Assembly (NCBI GenBank): GCA_963761335.1
Contig: CAVXGR010000011.1
Coordinates: forward strand, 384,001 to 448,000
Source: an uncultured delta proteobacterium
Lineage (GTDB): Bacteria; Desulfobacterota; Binatia; HRBIN30; BPIQ01
DNA length: 64,000 nucleotides
Direction of reading: 5' to 3'
A program made the translations under genes and the position numbers. Below, one piece after another: positions 60,900-64,000 of the stretch (its first letter is position 1; every line of letters begins with the position of its first letter). The notes beneath the pieces were generated by a model that searched no databases, was not told where the DNA came from, and saw nothing but the letters and a program-made list of their open reading frames with translations.

Positions 60900-61013
60900 C
60901 TTGGCCCGCGGAGCGCGGCCCGCCCGGAAGCATGCAGGCGCGCGCCACCATCTCGCATTGACACCGGGAGGCTGATAGGAAGCTCGAATGGACGACGAAG
61001 GGGCCGTAAGCCG

Positions 61014-62063
61014 ATGAAAGCCATCGTTCTCTGTGCCGGGCTCGGCACGCGGTTGCGGCCGTTGACGTTCAGCACGGCCAAGCACCTGATTCCGGTGGCC
61101 AACAAGCCGGTGCTGCACTACGGCATCCAATACATTCGCGAGGTCGGCATCCGCGACATCGGCATCATCGTCAGCAAGGAATCGTATCCGCTCATCAGCT
61201 CGGCGATCGGCGATGGCAGCCAATTCGGCGCCTCGGTCAGCTACATCGACCAGCCGGAGCCGCGCGGCCTGGCGCACGCCGCCGGCTGCGCCCGCGAGTT
61301 CATCGGCGACGAGCCGTTCATCATGTTTCTCGGCGACAACCTGATTCCCGAAGGCCTCAGCGGCCTGTCGCGCGGCTTCAACGGCGATGCCGACGCGGTG
61401 GTCATGCTCAAGGAGGTGGACGATCCGTCCGCCTTCGGCATCGCCGTGCTGCAGGGCGACCGCATCGTGCGGCTGATGGAGAAGCCGCGGGAGCCGCCGT
61501 CGAACCTCGCCATCGTCGGCGCCTACCTGTTCTCGCCGGAGATCTTCACGTCGATCGATCGCATCAAGCCGTCGTGGCGCAACGAGTACGAGATCACCGA
61601 CGCCATCCAGGACCTGATCGACCGCGACCTGATCGTGCGCCCCTACGTGGTGCACGGATGGTGGAAGGACACGGGAAAGCCCGAAGACATCCTCGAGGCA
61701 AACCGCGTCGTCCTCGACGAGCTGAAGAGCGAGAACCACGGGCAGGTGGACGGCACTTCGACCCTGCACGGGACGGTGTCGATCGGGCGCGGCTCGACGA
61801 TCAGCAACAGCACCATCAACGGCCCGGTGGCCATCGGCGAGGGCGTCTGCATCGAGAACGCCCAGGTCGGCCCCCACGTGGCGGTTGGCAACGGGGCTCA
61901 CCTCGTCAACTGCGAGATCCGCAACAGCGTGGTGATGGAGGAGACGGCAATTCGCGACGTCGGCCGGCTCCTCGAGGGATGCCTGATCGGCCGCAAGGTG
62001 CAGATCATCGGCGGCAGCACCGGCCGCTTAGTCGTCGGCGACCAGTGCCGCCTCGAGCTCTGA
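61014..62063 (+). CDS. rmlA: Glucose-1-phosphate thymidylyltransferase (long form)
   Basis: AGLGTRLRPLT, KHLIPVANKP, LGDN, EKP, EITDA, WKDTG, left-handed beta-helix tail. Confidence 0.9.
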   Translation: MKAIVLCAGLGTRLRPLTFSTAKHLIPVANKPVLHYGIQYIREVGIRDIGIIVSKESYPLISSAIGDGSQFGASVSYIDQPEPRGLAHAAGCAREFIGDEPFIMFLGDNLIPEGLSGLSRGFNGDADAVVMLKEVDDPSAFGIAVLQGDRIVRLMEKPREPPSNLAIVGAYLFSPEIFTSIDRIKPSWRNEYEITDAIQDLIDRDLIVRPYVVHGWWKDTGKPEDILEANRVVLDELKSENHGQVDGTSTLHGTVSIGRGSTISNSTINGPVAIGEGVCIENAQVGPHVAVGNGAHLVNCEIRNSVVMEETAIRDVGRLLEGCLIGRKVQIIGGSTGRLVVGDQCRLEL

Positions 62064-63047
62064 CGCGGCTACTCCCCGGTAGAGTACCCGTCCCTCCTCC
62101 TCCGCCGTCTGCACCTGCCCGAGGTGGATCAGATGCTGGAGATGGGCCATGGTCTCGAAGGTGGCGGGGAACTGCACGGTGAGCGGGCTGTCGATATCGA
62201 AGGAGAACGCCTTCGAGGCGATGGCGTAGGCGCTCATCGGACGGGTGCGGATCAGGTCCCACATCTCTCGCATCCGATAGCGGTGATGCTCGATGATCCG
62301 CCTGGCGCGCCGGCGGTGATCGCCGTAGACACCGCCATGCGCCGGCAGCACCAGATCGACGTCAAAGGGCTGCACCTTGCGCTGCGATTCCAGGAAGTCG
62401 CCCAGCGGATCCGGAGGCCCGCCGGGGAAGTAGCCGACGTGCGGAGTGATCTTCGGCAGCAGGTGATCGCCAACGATCATCAGCTTCTCCTGGGGCAGAT
62501 AGAGCACGCAGTGCCCGGGCGAATGGCCGGGGGTCCAGACGACGTGCAGCTCGCGGCGGCCGACACGGAGGACATCGCCGTCCTCCAGATACTGATCCGG
62601 CGGCGCGGTGACGTAGAGGCTGCTCCAGAACTCGTGCGGCGACGGAATGTGGGCAAAGCGCTCGACGGGGATGCCGCAGGAACGAAAGAAGACCGCGGCC
62701 TGCTCGGAGCGGATCTGCCGCGCAAAGGTCTGCGCCCGATCGTGCTCCAGCCGATGCAGATAGAGCGTCGCTCCGGTGAGCTCCTTGTGGGCGCGCGAGG
62801 CGCCGAAGTGATCGGGATGATGATGGGTACAGATGATCTGGCGGATCTGCTCGGGGGCGCAGCCCACCTCCTGCAGCGCCGCGCGGAAGGCGGCCAGGCT
62901 GTCGCCGCTGTTCATGCCGGTGTCGACGAGCGCCCACTCGTCGCCGTCCCGCAGGAGATAGACGTTGACGATGGTGGGCTTCATCGGCAACGGCAGGTGC
63001 AAGAGGAAGACGCCCGGGAGCAGCTCGCGGGTCTTCGCGTCGCTCAT
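62028..63047 (-). CDS. Metallo-beta-lactamase fold hydrolase
   Basis: VNVYL, LVDTG, THHHPDH, TPGHSPGH, GDHLLP, LPAHG. Confidence 0.93.
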   Translation of the reverse strand: MSDAKTRELLPGVFLLHLPLPMKPTIVNVYLLRDGDEWALVDTGMNSGDSLAAFRAALQEVGCAPEQIRQIICTHHHPDHFGASRAHKELTGATLYLHRLEHDRAQTFARQIRSEQAAVFFRSCGIPVERFAHIPSPHEFWSSLYVTAPPDQYLEDGDVLRVGRRELHVVWTPGHSPGHCVLYLPQEKLMIVGDHLLPKITPHVGYFPGGPPDPLGDFLESQRKVQPFDVDLVLPAHGGVYGDHRRRARRIIEHHRYRMREMWDLIRTRPMSAYAIASKAFSFDIDSPLTVQFPATFETMAHLQHLIHLGQVQTAEEEGRVLYRGVAASELEAALVADD

Positions 63048-63083
63048 GCGGAGCGTCGCCGCGCGCGACGAGTCGCGCGAATT

Positions 63084-63296
63084 CTACTCATGCAGCTGGT
63101 CCTGGATCCCGAAGGTCACCTTGACGGTGACCCGCCACAGCGACACGGCGTTGTTCTCGACGTCGGCGGCAATGTCGGTCACCCGCACGCGGCGGATTCC
63201 GTCGATGGTGATACCGGCACGCGAGATCGCCAGCGCCACCGCGTCCTCGATGCCGTTCGCCGACGCGCCACTCAGCTCGATCGTCTTCTCGACCAT
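63084..63296 (-). CDS. Dodecin family protein
   Basis: KTIELSG.S...IEDAV..AI.RA..T, WRVTVKVTF. Confidence 0.85.
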   Translation of the reverse strand: MVEKTIELSGASANGIEDAVALAISRAGITIDGIRRVRVTDIAADVENNAVSLWRVTVKVTFGIQDQLHE

Positions 63297-63394
63297 GATT
63301 CCGGCACGGTAACCGCCGGGCGCGGCCGGGACAAGGGGCTGTTGGGTTGTCGCGCCACTGCTCGCCGATAGCCGAAGAGCCTTTCCTGACAACC

Positions 63395-63811
63395 TCAACC
63401 GGCAGCAATGCGGCGGGGATGAAAGACGATGAAGAGCGCCGCCAGGGCAAAGAGCAGTGGGACGTCGCCGGCGAGATGTGTCAGCTCGTGTGGCTGCGCG
63501 AACGCATCATAGGTCATGACGCCGCCGTGGAGGAGACTCGAGAGGATGGTGAAGTCGATGATGATGCTGTTCTTCAACGGATCCCGGGCACCGAAAATCA
63601 GACAGATGCCGAGGGCCGCGTACAGGGCGACGATCATCCTCTCGTACGCCGGATGTCCCCCAGGGTGGCCCCATTGGAAACCTGCGGGCCACACCCAGAA
63701 AGCAAAGGGCAAGAGCACAGTCATCGCCACGCCGGCGACGATCATCAGTACGGAGATCTGTCTCACCCTGCTATCGGCGATGCGGCCGCTGCCGGATGTC
63801 GTTGCGCTCAC
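63395..63811 (-). CDS. Small 4-TM membrane protein (DUF6632-like)
   Basis: WPAGFQW, YERMIVALY, ARDP, SSLLHGGVM, HLAGDV; GTGA coupling to upstream gene. Confidence 0.7.
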   Translation of the reverse strand: MSATTSGSGRIADSRVRQISVLMIVAGVAMTVLLPFAFWVWPAGFQWGHPGGHPAYERMIVALYAALGICLIFGARDPLKNSIIIDFTILSSLLHGGVMTYDAFAQPHELTHLAGDVPLLFALAALFIVFHPRRIAAG

Positions 63812-64000
63812 GTCGCTGCTGGTACGCAACGGCCGCCGTCGAAGCACTGTCCGGCGGGGCACTGGCAGACGGTCGTCTCGGCGCTGCTCTGCGGCGAGCA
63901 GCCGCAGGCACCGATCGCGCAGGTGTCGGGAAAGTCGCCGGCGCTGGCGCAGCACAGAGAGGTGGAGAGCGAGCCGCCGGCGTCCAAACACGCCTGCGCC
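63808..64000 (-). CDS. C-terminus of a Cys-rich protein (5' outside window; absent from ORF track)
   Basis: AQACLDAGGSLSTSLCCASAGDFPDTCAIGACGCSPQSSAETTVCQCPAGQCFDGGRCVPAAT*. Confidence 0.75.
   Translation of the reverse strand, partial: AQACLDAGGSLSTSLCCASAGDFPDTCAIGACGCSPQSSAETTVCQCPAGQCFDGGRCVPAAT

Noticed and set aside
62028..62063. 36-bp convergent overlap of rmlA and the MBL hydrolase
   Set aside because: Short 3' overlaps are common in GC-rich genomes; no evidence of function

Overview
High-GC bacterial chromosomal segment (roughly 70% GC by eye). The gene content suggests a deltaproteobacterium-like lineage such as Binatia or Myxococcota; this is inference only. Mostly housekeeping and lipid-catabolic genes: gcvH-like/pcm, ftsB, eno-lemA-htpX, a P450, a MutS-V protein, a PhyH dioxygenase, a thiolase, patatin-murU-amgK, a partial complex I operon (nuoACDE-HJKLMN), an S1P-lyase-like gene, a MoxR/DUF58/vWA cluster, an orphan rsmH, ppx-CYTH/CHAD-cca-sixA, a lysyl-oxidase-domain protein, rlmD, glgC, a cobS-like gene, sppA, a GT-C-like gene, rmlA and dodecin. 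No rRNA, tRNA, CRISPR array or transposase was seen. The most unusual signals are: (1) a 5-unit tandem array of 195-bp long-hairpin repeats (35052-35998); (2) an unannotated 34-aa, 50%-Lys peptide under a perfect rRNA-like sigma70 promoter (5528-5632); (3) a two-gene RHH/zinc-finger operon with paralogous Zn fingers and a perfect palindromic operator (12532-13502); (4) several REP/MITE families, including a two-cassette structure with shared ends but different cargo (9957-10674); (5) several apparent pseudo-enzymes (GcvH lacking the lipoyl-Lys, a Ser-less hydrolase, an Asp-less CobS).
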